IMG/VR virus record: IMGVR_UViG_3300040957_000063 | Length of the DNA: 64,000 nucleotides | Direction: 5' to 3' (one strand) | DNA from: an uncultured virus (IMG/VR IMGVR_UViG_3300040957_000063) | Lineage: Duplodnaviria > Heunggongvirae > Uroviricota > Caudoviricetes | Shown here: positions 19,924 to 28,696 of the stretch, piece by piece | Position numbering within the stretch: the first letter of the stretch is position 1 | Layout of the letters: each line of letters begins with the position of its first letter | Position numbers and translations under genes: made by a program | Notes under the pieces: model-generated | What the model saw: the letters and a program-made list of their open reading frames with translations, nothing else | Told to the model about the DNA's origin: nothing | Databases searched by the model: none

Positions 19924-19983
19924 GTTTTGTGATTTTTGTTATGTTTGTTATTTTCGTTATGTCTGTTATGCTTGTTATGTGAA

Positions 19984-20058
19984 TGGCGGGCGCATGGGGA
20001 ATCGAACCCCAACTTCCAACGTGACAGGCTGGCGTGTTAGCCGTTACACTATACGCCC
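19984..20058 (-). tRNA. tRNA-Asp(GTC)
   Basis: CCAGC CT GTC AC GTTGG; G73; CCA. Confidence 0.9.
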
Positions 20059-20061
20059 AAA

Positions 20062-20135
20062 TGGTGGTCGTACTCCGAGTTACACGAAGACCCAAACGGT
20101 GTAAACGTTTGATGCTATTGTTACACCATACGACC
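20062..20135 (-). tRNA. tRNA-Val(TAC)
   Basis: AAACG TT TAC AC CGTTT; atypical T-loop; CCA. Confidence 0.8.
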
Positions 20136-20504
20136 TCACTTTAAATAGTGAATTGCATTTCTCAATAAAGTAGTATTGTCTTTGAACATACCTATTCCGC
20201 CATTGCATTCTCTACAAAGCAATCCTCTGATTTTTCCTGTTTTATGGTCGTGGTCAATGTATGGAGTAGTAATGAATGGTTTTTTACATATTGCACATTT
20301 ATTATCTTGAGATTTAATCAACTTTTCAAGTTCTATATTAGTTAAGGAATATTGACGTAATAAATCTAACTTTCTTTGTTGTGAATAATAGTTTGATGTT
20401 ATTTTCTTCAGTTTTTCTGGATGTCTTAGTTTCCACTTTTTTGACCGCGAAATAGGCATATTGGTATATTGGTCTTGTATTATCATATTAGAGTATATAT
20501 ACAT
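20136..20504 (-). CDS. endonuclease VII-like HNH nuclease
   Basis: QDNKCAIC..IDHDHKTGKIRGLLCRECNGGIG. Confidence 0.85.
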   Translation of the reverse strand: MYIYSNMIIQDQYTNMPISRSKKWKLRHPEKLKKITSNYYSQQRKLDLLRQYSLTNIELEKLIKSQDNKCAICKKPFITTPYIDHDHKTGKIRGLLCRECNGGIGMFKDNTTLLRNAIHYLK

Positions 20505-20539
20505 TCCACTATTTAAGCCTTATGGATACTTTGGATACT

Positions 20540-20614
20540 TGGCGGGGACGGAAGGACTTTGACCCTCAATCGGATGCTTCGAAGGCATCTGCATTGTGAT
20601 TGTGCTACGTCCCC
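20540..20614 (-). tRNA. tRNA-Arg(TCG)
   Basis: GATGC CT TCG AA GCATC; CCA. Confidence 0.8.
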
Positions 20615-20654
20615 ATGTTCGCTGTTCTTTATATATGTTCGCTATTAGCGAAAG

Positions 20655-20729
20655 TGGCGCAAGGAGAAGGAATCGAACCTTCATCTAACGCTTAACAGGC
20701 GTTTGCCCTAGCCATTGAGCGACCCTCGC
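20655..20729 (-). tRNA. tRNA-Asn(GTT)
   Basis: AACGC CT GTT AA GCGTT; CCA. Confidence 0.9.
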
Positions 20730-20734
20730 AATAT

Positions 20735-20808
20735 TGGTGGAGAGTGTGTGAGTCGAACACACGTTCTCTGGGTTTCAGCCAAAGGGACTCCCGTTAGCCT
20801 AACTCTCC
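20735..20808 (-). tRNA. tRNA-Phe(GAA)
   Basis: TTTGG CT GAA AC CCAGA; CCA. Confidence 0.85.
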
Positions 20809-20813
20809 GTTAT

Positions 20814-20885
20814 TGGGTCTTAGGGAAAGATTCGGACTTTCTAAAGTGGATTCACAGTCCACCTTGCTTCCAAAGCACCTAAGAC
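20814..20885 (-). tRNA. tRNA-His(GTG) with encoded G-1 and reduced D-arm
   Basis: GTGGA CT GTG AA TCCAC; 8-bp acceptor; C73. Confidence 0.8.
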
Positions 20886-20886
20886 A

Positions 20887-21258
20887 CTATTTTGTTAGTT
20901 CTGGATGATGAATTTCTTGATGACAATTTGAACAAAGAAGTACCACAATTTCTAACTCTTTAATGAATTTATCATATGAATATCTGAGAAAATTTCTTTC
21001 TTTACTCCAATGTTCTTTTTTACCATCTGGATGATGAAATTCTAATGCGGCTAAATTTCTTCTATAGCCATCAGGACATGCACAATTAGGATTAGAGCAT
21101 CTACCACCTTTTAATTCTACAGCATATTCTTTTCTTTTTTGTCGTAATTTTAATTTAGCTTTAGATGCATCTTTTTCTTTTTCTGGATGTTGAAGTCTCC
21201 ATTTTCGCATATATTCTTTATGATAGATTTTATTTTTATTTTTATCTTTGTAAGGCAA
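20887..21258 (-). CDS. HNH endonuclease
   Basis: GGRCSNPNC..ALEFHHPDG..LLCSNCHQEIH. Confidence 0.85.
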   Translation of the reverse strand: MPYKDKNKNKIYHKEYMRKWRLQHPEKEKDASKAKLKLRQKRKEYAVELKGGRCSNPNCACPDGYRRNLAALEFHHPDGKKEHWSKERNFLRYSYDKFIKELEIVVLLCSNCHQEIHHPELTK

Positions 21259-21316
21259 TTGGTTTCACCGATATTATTTATATGTAAACCCCTATTTAAA
21301 TGTTATGGTTATTGAG

Positions 21317-21391
21317 AGGATGTACGGGGATTTGAACCCCGATATGTGGATTAAAGGTCCACCGCACTCTTCCTGATTATGCTATACATCC
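21317..21391 (-). tRNA. tRNA-Lys(TTT) with C33 and no encoded CCA
   Basis: GTGGA CC TTT AA TCCAC; GGATGTA/TACATCC. Confidence 0.7.
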
Positions 21392-21396
21392 GCAAT

Positions 21397-21474
21397 TGGA
21401 GCACCTAACGGGATTCGGACCCGTGTATGTGGGTTAAAGGTCCACCGCACTCGTCCTGACTATGCTAATGGTCC
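21397..21474 (-). tRNA. second tRNA-Lys(TTT)-like gene with C33 and mismatched acceptor stem (possible pseudogene)
   Basis: D and anticodon arms nearly identical to neighbour; acceptor GGACCAT/TAGGTGC has 3 mismatches. Confidence 0.55.
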
Positions 21475-21821
21475 ATATTTTGATTATTGGAGCACCATCT
21501 TGGCAAGTTGTAGAATTGCTTAAGGAACTGATACGATGGTATAATCGAAACAAGGAAAAATGTCCCCCACTGGTTTTAGCCGCTGTTATCCATAATCAAT
21601 TCGAGATGATTCATCCTTTCCAAGATGGAAACGGCAGAGTTGGAAGACTACTCCTAAATAATATTCTGTTGAAACATAATCTTCCGCCTTTGAATATTGA
21701 ACTAAGAAACAGAGCGCAATACTATGCCGCACTGCAAGCCTATGAAAATGACCATAATATACGTCCGACTCTGGATTTAATGCTCAAAGAATACAGAGCA
21801 CTCAAGAAAATGCTTACATAA
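21462..21821 (+). pseudogene. Fic-domain protein, C-terminal fragment
   Basis: HPFQDGNGRVGR motif; N-terminal part missing; antisense within tRNA array. Confidence 0.75.
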
Positions 21822-21969
21822 GGTGACTACAATTACAAAAAATGTAGTCACCCAATAAGTCCTCTGCAAGATAAGGATGAACGCAAGAAGAACCTTTTTG
21901 AGTCATTAAATCAGACAATTGAACTGCGACCTAGAGCGCTTCTCGCGTGTATTAAGTTAATAAGAGAAG

Positions 21970-22045
21970 TGGTGCAGATGGTGGGAATCGAACCCACATT
22001 TTCGTTGTGGTAGAACGACAGGTTAGCCGTTAACCTCACATCCGC
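21970..22045 (-). tRNA. tRNA-Gly(ACC)
   Basis: GCG start; TCGTT CT ACC AC AACGA; TTCGA T-loop; CCA. Confidence 0.8.
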
Positions 22046-22051
22046 GCAACT

Positions 22052-22127
22052 TGGAGAGGGTAAAGGGACTTTCACCCCTATATAGTAGTTTTGCAAACTA
22101 CCCCGTTAGATTTTTCGGCATACCCTC
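22052..22127 (-). tRNA. tRNA-Cys(GCA)
   Basis: GTAGT TT GCA AA ACTAC; U73; CCA; 5' end overlapped by HNH ORF. Confidence 0.8.
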
Positions 22128-22517
22128 ATTACAATAAGTTACTTTCCAATTATTAGGTAATCCTTTAAGTTTTACAAGATAATGAACTGAATTACAAACT
22201 CTGCAAGTTAGTTCCACATCTTTTCTCTCATCTCTTAGAATAGCAAGATAAAAACTTCTTTGATTATGATTTTTAGTCACGCCTTTTCTCATCTCTTTAC
22301 ATCCGCCGCCATTGATATGATTAATTTCTAAGGCTTCAAGATTGTCGCAACCACAATATATGCATTTTCCACCAAGTTTTTGGATTACTTTAAGGCGAAT
22401 ATTTTTCCAATATTCTTTTGCTCGATTTCTATGGTCTTTTGCCCATTTTCTATCATATTCTCTTTTTTTCTCACCAGTATATACCACTATATCACCAGTA
22501 TTATATAGTACGACCAA
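22098..22517 (-). CDS. HNH endonuclease (NHINGGG subfamily)
   Basis: LGGKCIYCGC..LEINHINGGG..LTCRVCN. Confidence 0.85.
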   Translation of the reverse strand: MVVLYNTGDIVVYTGEKKREYDRKWAKDHRNRAKEYWKNIRLKVIQKLGGKCIYCGCDNLEALEINHINGGGCKEMRKGVTKNHNQRSFYLAILRDERKDVELTCRVCNSVHYLVKLKGLPNNWKVTYCNEGMPKNLTG

Positions 22518-22536
22518 GTATTTAAATGTTATGTCG

Positions 22537-22569
22537 AACTACCGTGTTTGACCACTTCACCATACCCCC
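22537..22569 (-). pseudogene. 5' half remnant of a tRNA-Cys-like gene
   Basis: GGGGGTA TGGTGAAGTGGTCAAACACG GTAGTT, interrupted at the anticodon loop by the HNH promoter. Confidence 0.7.
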
Positions 22570-22751
22570 ATCATTTTTTGTTAAGTAATAGCGTAAGATT
22601 TATATAGTAGTGTTCAGTATTATAAGTAAATGGTGAAAATATGTTTACAATAATTGATATTGCCTCTGCATTTGCAATTGTTGGATGCTTTAGTTACGTT
22701 ATTCTACAGCTAAAGAAAGAGTTAAAGGATTAACACGATTGAGGTTAACTA

Positions 22752-22827
22752 TGGCACAGGCGGAAGGACTCGGACCCTCATCCACTACGTTAGAAGCGTA
22801 GGACTCTATCCATTGAGCTACGCCTGT
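22752..22827 (-). tRNA. tRNA-Arg(TCT)
   Basis: CTACG CT TCT AA CGTAG; CCA. Confidence 0.9.
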
Positions 22828-22841
22828 ATTAATTGAGTTAT

Positions 22842-22962
22842 TGGTAGTCCCTGTGGGAGTCGAACCCACGCCGCAAGCTATCCCCCAACGAGTGTTCAGA
22901 GGCATAAGCTCCCGAACTTGGTTGTTCAAGGACTTGCTTCCTTCCGTTAGAGATAAGGGACT
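22842..22962 (-). tRNA. tRNA-Gln(TTG) with BHB intron and C33
   Basis: A1-U72; CAAGT CC TTG A|intron|A GCTTG; CCTT/GGGG helix with GAA and ATA bulges. Confidence 0.85.
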
Positions 22963-23329
22963 GTGCTGACTTTAGAACAGCGATAGAATGTCATGTTCAG
23001 GGAAATGAGCTTTGAGCTTTTTTACCCCGCAACAAAATGCGTTTAGACCAACCAGCACACCACACATATATCGATGGCAACGGTTTAGGTGTTTTTTGGT
23101 TTACTGTTGGGTCGTTCTAAATTTGCCTATGTGGTCCGCTGGTGCGTCTTCTCCGATACACCGCTTAAAACGAATATTATAGACTACTGATGTTGCCATC
23201 ATTACAGACCACTTCAATGTACCTTATTGATATAACATTCTCCTATATAAATCTTATGGTTACAAGTTCATACTCAAATAACCGTAATCTTTATATAGGT
23301 CATTGATGTATCTTTTTACAGGCGATAAA

Positions 23330-23533
23330 ATGAAACTCTCTAAAGAAGATTGGACTCAGTTAGATTTATTGTTGAGTAAAGTAGGATTCGGTGGCTACTA
23401 TGATTTTGTAGAATGCCTAAGAATGGCTATAACTAATTTAGCTCCCGAATTAAGTAATGTCATTAAAAAAGAGGCAGACATCCAAATGTTAGTAACATTA
23501 TTACTTAAAGTAAGTACAAGGAGTGAGAAATAA
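23330..23533 (+). CDS. hypothetical protein
   Basis: TATA, then MKLSKEDW ORF. Confidence 0.55.
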   Translation: MKLSKEDWTQLDLLLSKVGFGGYYDFVECLRMAITNLAPELSNVIKKEADIQMLVTLLLKVSTRSEK

Positions 23534-23534
23534 A

Positions 23535-23846
23535 ATGGATAAGTTTGAAGAAATGTTAAGATTACAAAAAGAATTCCAAGATAAGTATGGTTTTACCAAA
23601 GTTGGTCTTGATAAAATAGCGATGGCTATGGCGGCTGAATCTGGCGAACTTTGGGATGCATCTGATGGTAAATGGTGGAAAAAAACTAAAGATACTCCTG
23701 AACATCGTCTTGAAGAACTTGTTGACCTTTGGCACTTTTTTATGGCATATATGCTTGAGGCTAAAATATCCCCTACTCAATTTTTCGAAGCCTATAAAGC
23801 AAAGTTAGCAATTAACTACCAAAGACAGGAGAGTAAAACATATTGA
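23535..23846 (+). CDS. all-alpha (dimeric dUTPase/MazG-like) NTP pyrophosphatase
   Basis: AESGELWD..KWWKK..LEELVDLWHF..K.AINYQRQ. Confidence 0.8.
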   Translation: MDKFEEMLRLQKEFQDKYGFTKVGLDKIAMAMAAESGELWDASDGKWWKKTKDTPEHRLEELVDLWHFFMAYMLEAKISPTQFFEAYKAKLAINYQRQESKTY

Positions 23847-24028
23847 AGACAACAATTAAATTTGCCATTCCAATAGGTGGAATAATCTCGTTTATAATAT
23901 TCATATATATGATTGTATATGGGGTTTGGGCAGATATAAGTTTTTGGATGAAAGTTTTAGTAGTTCTTTTATTCATATTTATGTCTGTGTCTGGTTGGAT
24001 AGAATACGAAAGGACAGTTGAGAAATGA
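23843..24028 (+). CDS. small membrane protein
   Basis: Two hydrophobic helices; coupled start. Confidence 0.55.
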   Translation: MKTTIKFAIPIGGIISFIIFIYMIVYGVWADISFWMKVLVVLLFIFMSVSGWIEYERTVEK

Positions 24029-24230
24029 GCAATTGTGGAACAGGTTGTAATGAGAAGAATCATATGCTACATTGTTATAAATGTGGTGCCGATTATCATT
24101 GTGGTTTAATTCATTTTTGTCCAACTGGTGTATCTAAATGAGCGGGTTGTATCCCCCGTTACGTAAAGGTTCTTCTAACCATAACGTTTAAATACTTGTT
24201 AATCCTATTATAATATAGGAGATAATTAAC

Positions 24231-24692
24231 GTGACTGATAGAAAAGAATATATGAAAAATTGGCGTAAGAATCATCCAAATTATAACAAAGAACATTCTC
24301 CAAACTATATGAAGAATTACTATCAAGCTCATAAGAAAGATTTTAATATTAGATGTAAAAAATGGGCTAAAGAGAATCCAGAACGATATAGAGAAAAACA
24401 AAGAAAATCAAATAAAAAATATAAAGAAAAACTAAAAACTGAGATTTTTATACTTTTAGGTAATAAATGTTCTAATACTAATTGTCCTATTCCCCCTGAG
24501 AAAATGGAAAAAGAAGCCCTTCAAATTGACCACATTAATGGTGGCGGTTGTAAAGAGAGGAAGAAAAATGGAAGAAATGATGCGGGATTTTATTTATATG
24601 TTTTAAAAGAAATTCAATCTGGTTCCAAAAATTATCAACTTCTTTGTGCATATTGCAATTGGTTAAAACAATTTAAGAGGGAGAAAATCTAA
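24231..24692 (+). CDS. HNH endonuclease
   Basis: LGNKCSNTNC..LQIDHINGGG..YQLLCAYCN. Confidence 0.85.
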   Translation: MTDRKEYMKNWRKNHPNYNKEHSPNYMKNYYQAHKKDFNIRCKKWAKENPERYREKQRKSNKKYKEKLKTEIFILLGNKCSNTNCPIPPEKMEKEALQIDHINGGGCKERKKNGRNDAGFYLYVLKEIQSGSKNYQLLCAYCNWLKQFKREKI

Positions 24693-24902
24693 TTGTCTGG
24701 TATTTTTCCGCCTTTAAGAAGAGGGTCATCTGATAGACACGCCCGAATAAATAAACTCGCAACTATGATGAAAAATAGAGGCGATAAAACTGTTGACCAA
24801 ATAATCGGTCAATTTTGTTACGAAGAATCCGTATCTATTAGGGTAACAAAAGAATACTTAGAAATTTTATATATGGCTGGAATTGTTAAAAAAGAGGAAT
24901 AA
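24693..24902 (+). CDS. small winged-helix-like protein
   Basis: VSIRVTKEYLEILYMAGIV resembles recognition helix plus wing. Confidence 0.45.
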   Translation: MSGIFPPLRRGSSDRHARINKLATMMKNRGDKTVDQIIGQFCYEESVSIRVTKEYLEILYMAGIVKKEE

Positions 24903-24926
24903 AGGGAATTTAGGAAGAAACTACTC

Positions 24927-25421
24927 TTAGGGTGTAGTTTCCTGTATGAATCCCGACAGGTCCCAATTGGTTCCCATTCCCGATGCTTCTTCACCAATGA
25001 TGTCGTTTGCCGCGCCTGTTTTTGGTCTATATTTCATAATTTTGCATCCTGTGATTGTCAGCTTAGAGTTTGTAACGGATGTGCCAGTATTGTCGTAGAG
25101 TTGTCCTGAAAGGCTGAATGATGTTTCTGAGGCAAAGAGGTTCAATAACAAATCTCTCTGGGTATCGTCCGCGAAATACCATCTTGTGATAGTGAAAGAC
25201 ACTTCGTAAGCTCCGAGCGAAACTATAGGTATTCTGCATCCGTAAACGGGGTCTGCACTTCCTTTGTAAGATAGCTGAATGTCTGCTCCTTCAACAACGC
25301 CGAGAACATAGCCACTTGGGGCTGAAGCTGTGTAGATTTTTAGTACCATGTTTACGCAACGGTATGGACCATACACGGTGTTCTGTATGGGATTCGTATA
25401 ATGAGGTTGTATAGTTGGCAT
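24927..25421 (-). CDS. putative tail tube protein
   Basis: 164 aa, beta-rich; G.V.GADI....PVYG.R.P....G...VSFTITR...LTITGCKI pattern of phage tube proteins. Confidence 0.6.
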   Translation of the reverse strand: MPTIQPHYTNPIQNTVYGPYRCVNMVLKIYTASAPSGYVLGVVEGADIQLSYKGSADPVYGCRIPIVSLGAYEVSFTITRWYFADDTQRDLLLNLFASETSFSLSGQLYDNTGTSVTNSKLTITGCKIMKYRPKTGAANDIIGEEASGMGTNWDLSGFIQETTP

Positions 25422-25572
25422 TTCATTTCACTTCTTCTTATTATGGTGAATGAACTAAAAGTGAATCGGACTATTTAAATCTATTGATTATATTAAACAA
25501 AAACCGTTATGATTTGTAATACATTTACCGTAAGATTTAAATAGGGGTCAGTACATAAGTTACCTAAAGGTA

Positions 25573-26004
25573 GTGGATGTTACTATGCAATTTGCACCAA
25601 AAACACAACAAGAAAAACATAATGAACAGGGTAGAGAATGGCGAAAAAATCATCCAGAAGAGTATAAACAATATAGACATAACTATTACATAAAAAATAG
25701 AATAAAAATAAACATTCAGATGCAAGCACTTCGTCAGGGTTTAAAATTAGAATGTCTTTCTCATTATGGCGGTAATCCACCTAAATGTTCCTGTTGTGGC
25801 GAAGCAAAAATTCAATTTCTTACGCTTGACCATATTGATGGGGATGGTAACAAACATAGAAAAGGATTGAGAAGTGCGGGTTATGTATTCTATTTCTGGT
25901 TAAGAAAACACGGATTTCCAGAAGGACTTCAGGTGTTGTGTTTTAATTGTAATTGTGGAAGGCAATTAAACAAAGGTATATGTCCACATAAAGAGATGAA
26001 TTAA
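25573..26004 (+). CDS. HNH endonuclease
   Basis: PPKCSCCGE..FLTLDHIDGDG..LQVLCFNCN. Confidence 0.85.
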   Translation: MDVTMQFAPKTQQEKHNEQGREWRKNHPEEYKQYRHNYYIKNRIKINIQMQALRQGLKLECLSHYGGNPPKCSCCGEAKIQFLTLDHIDGDGNKHRKGLRSAGYVFYFWLRKHGFPEGLQVLCFNCNCGRQLNKGICPHKEMN

Positions 26005-26006
26005 AA

Positions 26007-26474
26007 ATGAATTACGCACGAATAAAAGCATATAGAAAAGACCCGAATACAGGAGATATTATTCTCATAGCAAATCTAATTGATGCAGACGGTAAACCAA
26101 TAATAGTCGAAGGAGATGCAAATGATGTCGATATTCGATTTTCGCAAGAAGGTTTACAGAAGCTAATCAGAGAAGAGTTGCCAACTGAAGAGAAACGTAT
26201 TCAAGATTTACTTGACAAAATCCATAAGATTCGCACAGACCGAGTTATGACAGTTGAGAAGATTGATAGCGAAATCGAAGAAATGATGAAAGACGCAAAG
26301 GACGATTTTACTAATTGTGCCGATAAACTGGAAATAGCCAAAGTAATGAACATTTATAAAATCAAAATGCTCGGTTTAGGACAGAAACGGTTGCTCTCGA
26401 AATTCGCTATGCACGAAGAGTCTGAATTGAGTTATCAACTCACTAAAATCAGACAATCAAGTAATCCGAGTTAG
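26007..26474 (+). CDS. hypothetical protein
   Basis: 155-aa ORF upstream of terminase; small-subunit identity unsupported. Confidence 0.6.
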   Translation: MNYARIKAYRKDPNTGDIILIANLIDADGKPIIVEGDANDVDIRFSQEGLQKLIREELPTEEKRIQDLLDKIHKIRTDRVMTVEKIDSEIEEMMKDAKDDFTNCADKLEIAKVMNIYKIKMLGLGQKRLLSKFAMHEESELSYQLTKIRQSSNPS

Positions 26475-26479
26475 TCTAT

Positions 26480-26794
26480 ATGCCAAAGGGAAATAGAACA
26501 AATCATTCGGTTAATTCTGGAAGTTTTGGTAGAGGACATCTTGGTATGATAAATGAAAACCATCCTTCATGGAAGGGTGATAATGTTGGAATTAATTGTC
26601 TCCATAAATGGATAAGAAGACATAAACCTAAACCTGAATTATGTGAAGAATGTCATCAGCAACCACCATTAGATGTAGCAAATATTTCTGGAAAATATCT
26701 TCGGGATATTAACGATTTTAGATGGTTATGTCGGAAGTGTCATTTACTTTCTGATGGACGAATAAAAAATTTAAAACATCAAGAGGTTGATTAA
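26480..26794 (+). CDS. HNH endonuclease
   Basis: ENHPSWKGD..LHKW..CEEC..ANISG.Y...WLCRKCH. Confidence 0.8.
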   Translation: MPKGNRTNHSVNSGSFGRGHLGMINENHPSWKGDNVGINCLHKWIRRHKPKPELCEECHQQPPLDVANISGKYLRDINDFRWLCRKCHLLSDGRIKNLKHQEVD

Positions 26795-26808
26795 GAATTC
26801 CAAAGGGA

Positions 26809-28383
26809 ATGTTCGATAAAGAAACTGAATTACTTCAGAGTTTCAAAAAGCAAGATGTAAAATCGCAAGAAGACTACAAGAGATGGCGCGAATACTGGAA
26901 AAAAGAAGGTCCAGTAAAGTTCGCATATCAAATTTTAAGAACAGACCCTAATACTGGCGGTCCCCTTCTTTTATCAGATGGTCAAAAAGAATTCTTAGAA
27001 GATTTAGCCTTTCACGGCGTTAGACTCGTAATCATTTCGGCTGGACGAGGCTCAGGCAAAACTTTCGTTCTGGCTGTCTATATTGTATGGAGAATATTCA
27101 CTCACGATATGTATAGCATTTCATGTATGGGTGGCTCACAAGAACAGTCAGATAAAATTGCGTCTTACATTCAAGGTTGGATTAGAAACAACCAAACTTT
27201 AACTAATTATACCCTAAAGAACATTCAAAGAGAAACCAAAACCTTTTCTGAAGGTGAAGCAAAGTTTCACGCTTGCTCAGGAACTTCAGTCAGGGGTCCC
27301 CACACTTACGACTTGATTATAGACGAACAGGCGGCGGGTGAGGAAAAAGGTGGAGAAAAGTATATCAGAGCCGCAATTTGGGACGTTTCAACAAGCCCAG
27401 ACATTCACGTTATCCAAAGTTCTACAGCACACTTTATTCACGGAGATTTCTTGAGAACTTGGAATGATGCTAAACAACTTGGCTATAAAAAGTACCAATG
27501 GGCAATTGCCAAGCATATTAGTGGTGAAACAGACCCATATAAAATTTATCAAGATACTAATCCTCATAACTGGAAGTCAAATGTTCCGTGGATTCCTGAC
27601 CAAAACATTGAAATTCTACGAGCTAAAGAATCAAATGATGAATGGCTCGTTGAAGCTCTCGGTGGCATCAGTATGTCGTCAGGTTTGGTTCTTAACCCAG
27701 CGGACTTTGGCGCGTCAATCTGTAAAGCCGCTTGCGACATATGTGTTCCATATCACGACCCAGAATGCTTAGAATTCGTACAGAGAGTCCTTATGTATGA
27801 AGGAACACCGCTTGAAGATTTACCTCAAAGCACGACTGAAGCCGTCCAAGACTATATTCATAACAGAGTTATGGGAATAGATTGGGGTAGAGGAAGCCCT
27901 ACAGCATTCGTTGTACTCGGTCAATTTAGAGAATGGGTTTTCGTTCTTGAAGCTAAAGAAATTGTAGGATGGACCGACCAAGAGAAATTAGACTATGCGG
28001 TGAGTCTTGCTAATAAATGGCAAGTTGAAGTTATACGCCCTGACCCGCGAGAATGGGCACTTAATGGCTGGCTTGCAGAACGAGTACAGGCTGGTGTCCA
28101 CGAGTTATTCACAGGCGCGGAAGGCGGAAACGAAAAATACAAGTACATTGCCGCTCTCAAGAAGTTTGTTGAACGCCATAAACTTTGCATTCCGAGACAC
28201 GAAGATAATGATGACCTTGTTCGAAGCCTAAAGAACTTGACCTATGACGAAAACGGTAAAATCCGTAAACAGGACGACCACTCGGCAGATGCAATGATTT
28301 ACGCCATTAGCTACTATGATGAAGTAGATAACGGCGGCGTAGGCGGTTCAGAACCAGTTACAGGCGGAACTAATTTATGGTAA
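26809..28383 (+). CDS. terL: terminase large subunit
   Basis: Walker A AGRGSGKT; Walker B LIIDE; nuclease GIDWG and DDHSADA. Confidence 0.9.
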   Translation: MFDKETELLQSFKKQDVKSQEDYKRWREYWKKEGPVKFAYQILRTDPNTGGPLLLSDGQKEFLEDLAFHGVRLVIISAGRGSGKTFVLAVYIVWRIFTHDMYSISCMGGSQEQSDKIASYIQGWIRNNQTLTNYTLKNIQRETKTFSEGEAKFHACSGTSVRGPHTYDLIIDEQAAGEEKGGEKYIRAAIWDVSTSPDIHVIQSSTAHFIHGDFLRTWNDAKQLGYKKYQWAIAKHISGETDPYKIYQDTNPHNWKSNVPWIPDQNIEILRAKESNDEWLVEALGGISMSSGLVLNPADFGASICKAACDICVPYHDPECLEFVQRVLMYEGTPLEDLPQSTTEAVQDYIHNRVMGIDWGRGSPTAFVVLGQFREWVFVLEAKEIVGWTDQEKLDYAVSLANKWQVEVIRPDPREWALNGWLAERVQAGVHELFTGAEGGNEKYKYIAALKKFVERHKLCIPRHEDNDDLVRSLKNLTYDENGKIRKQDDHSADAMIYAISYYDEVDNGGVGGSEPVTGGTNLW

Positions 28384-28682
28384 AAGTCGTCTGGGCAACT
28401 AACAAAGAAATTGAGGAAATTGCTGGCTATAGAAGAGTTTACAAGAATAGCTGGATAAAAGGAGTTGCCGATTCTACGGACAATACAATTTTCTTGAACG
28501 TGAGACTTAGAAAATTAAAGCATTCGCACTTTTACATAGCTGAGTGTCTTTCTCACGAGTTGTTTCATATGATTAATGGTGGAAGACTTCCAAAAATAGA
28601 CAAGATGTTTGATAAGTTTGGCAGAGTTTTAGACCATTATATTTTTGCAAGGAACTATAAAGGTGAAAGAATACGCAAATAA
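28377..28682 (+). CDS. small HExxH zincin-like protein
   Basis: CLSHELFH. Confidence 0.55.
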   Translation: MVKVVWATNKEIEEIAGYRRVYKNSWIKGVADSTDNTIFLNVRLRKLKHSHFYIAECLSHELFHMINGGRLPKIDKMFDKFGRVLDHYIFARNYKGERIRK

Positions 28683-28696
28683 AACATTGTAGTGAA

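Noticed and set aside
19924..19983. Degenerate 9-bp tandem repeat (TGTTATGTT-like)
   Set aside because: Short spacer microsatellite with no unique spacers
19456..20104. ORFs across the tRNA cluster (also 16773, 18686, 21911, 22699)
   Set aside because: They overlap well-formed tRNA genes
21317..21474. Ochre suppressor reading (TTA) of the CCTTTAA loops, or stop-codon recoding
   Set aside because: Stem register fixes the anticodon as TTT; long genes are intact under the standard code
26007..26474. Terminase small subunit
   Set aside because: Position fits but no recognisable motif
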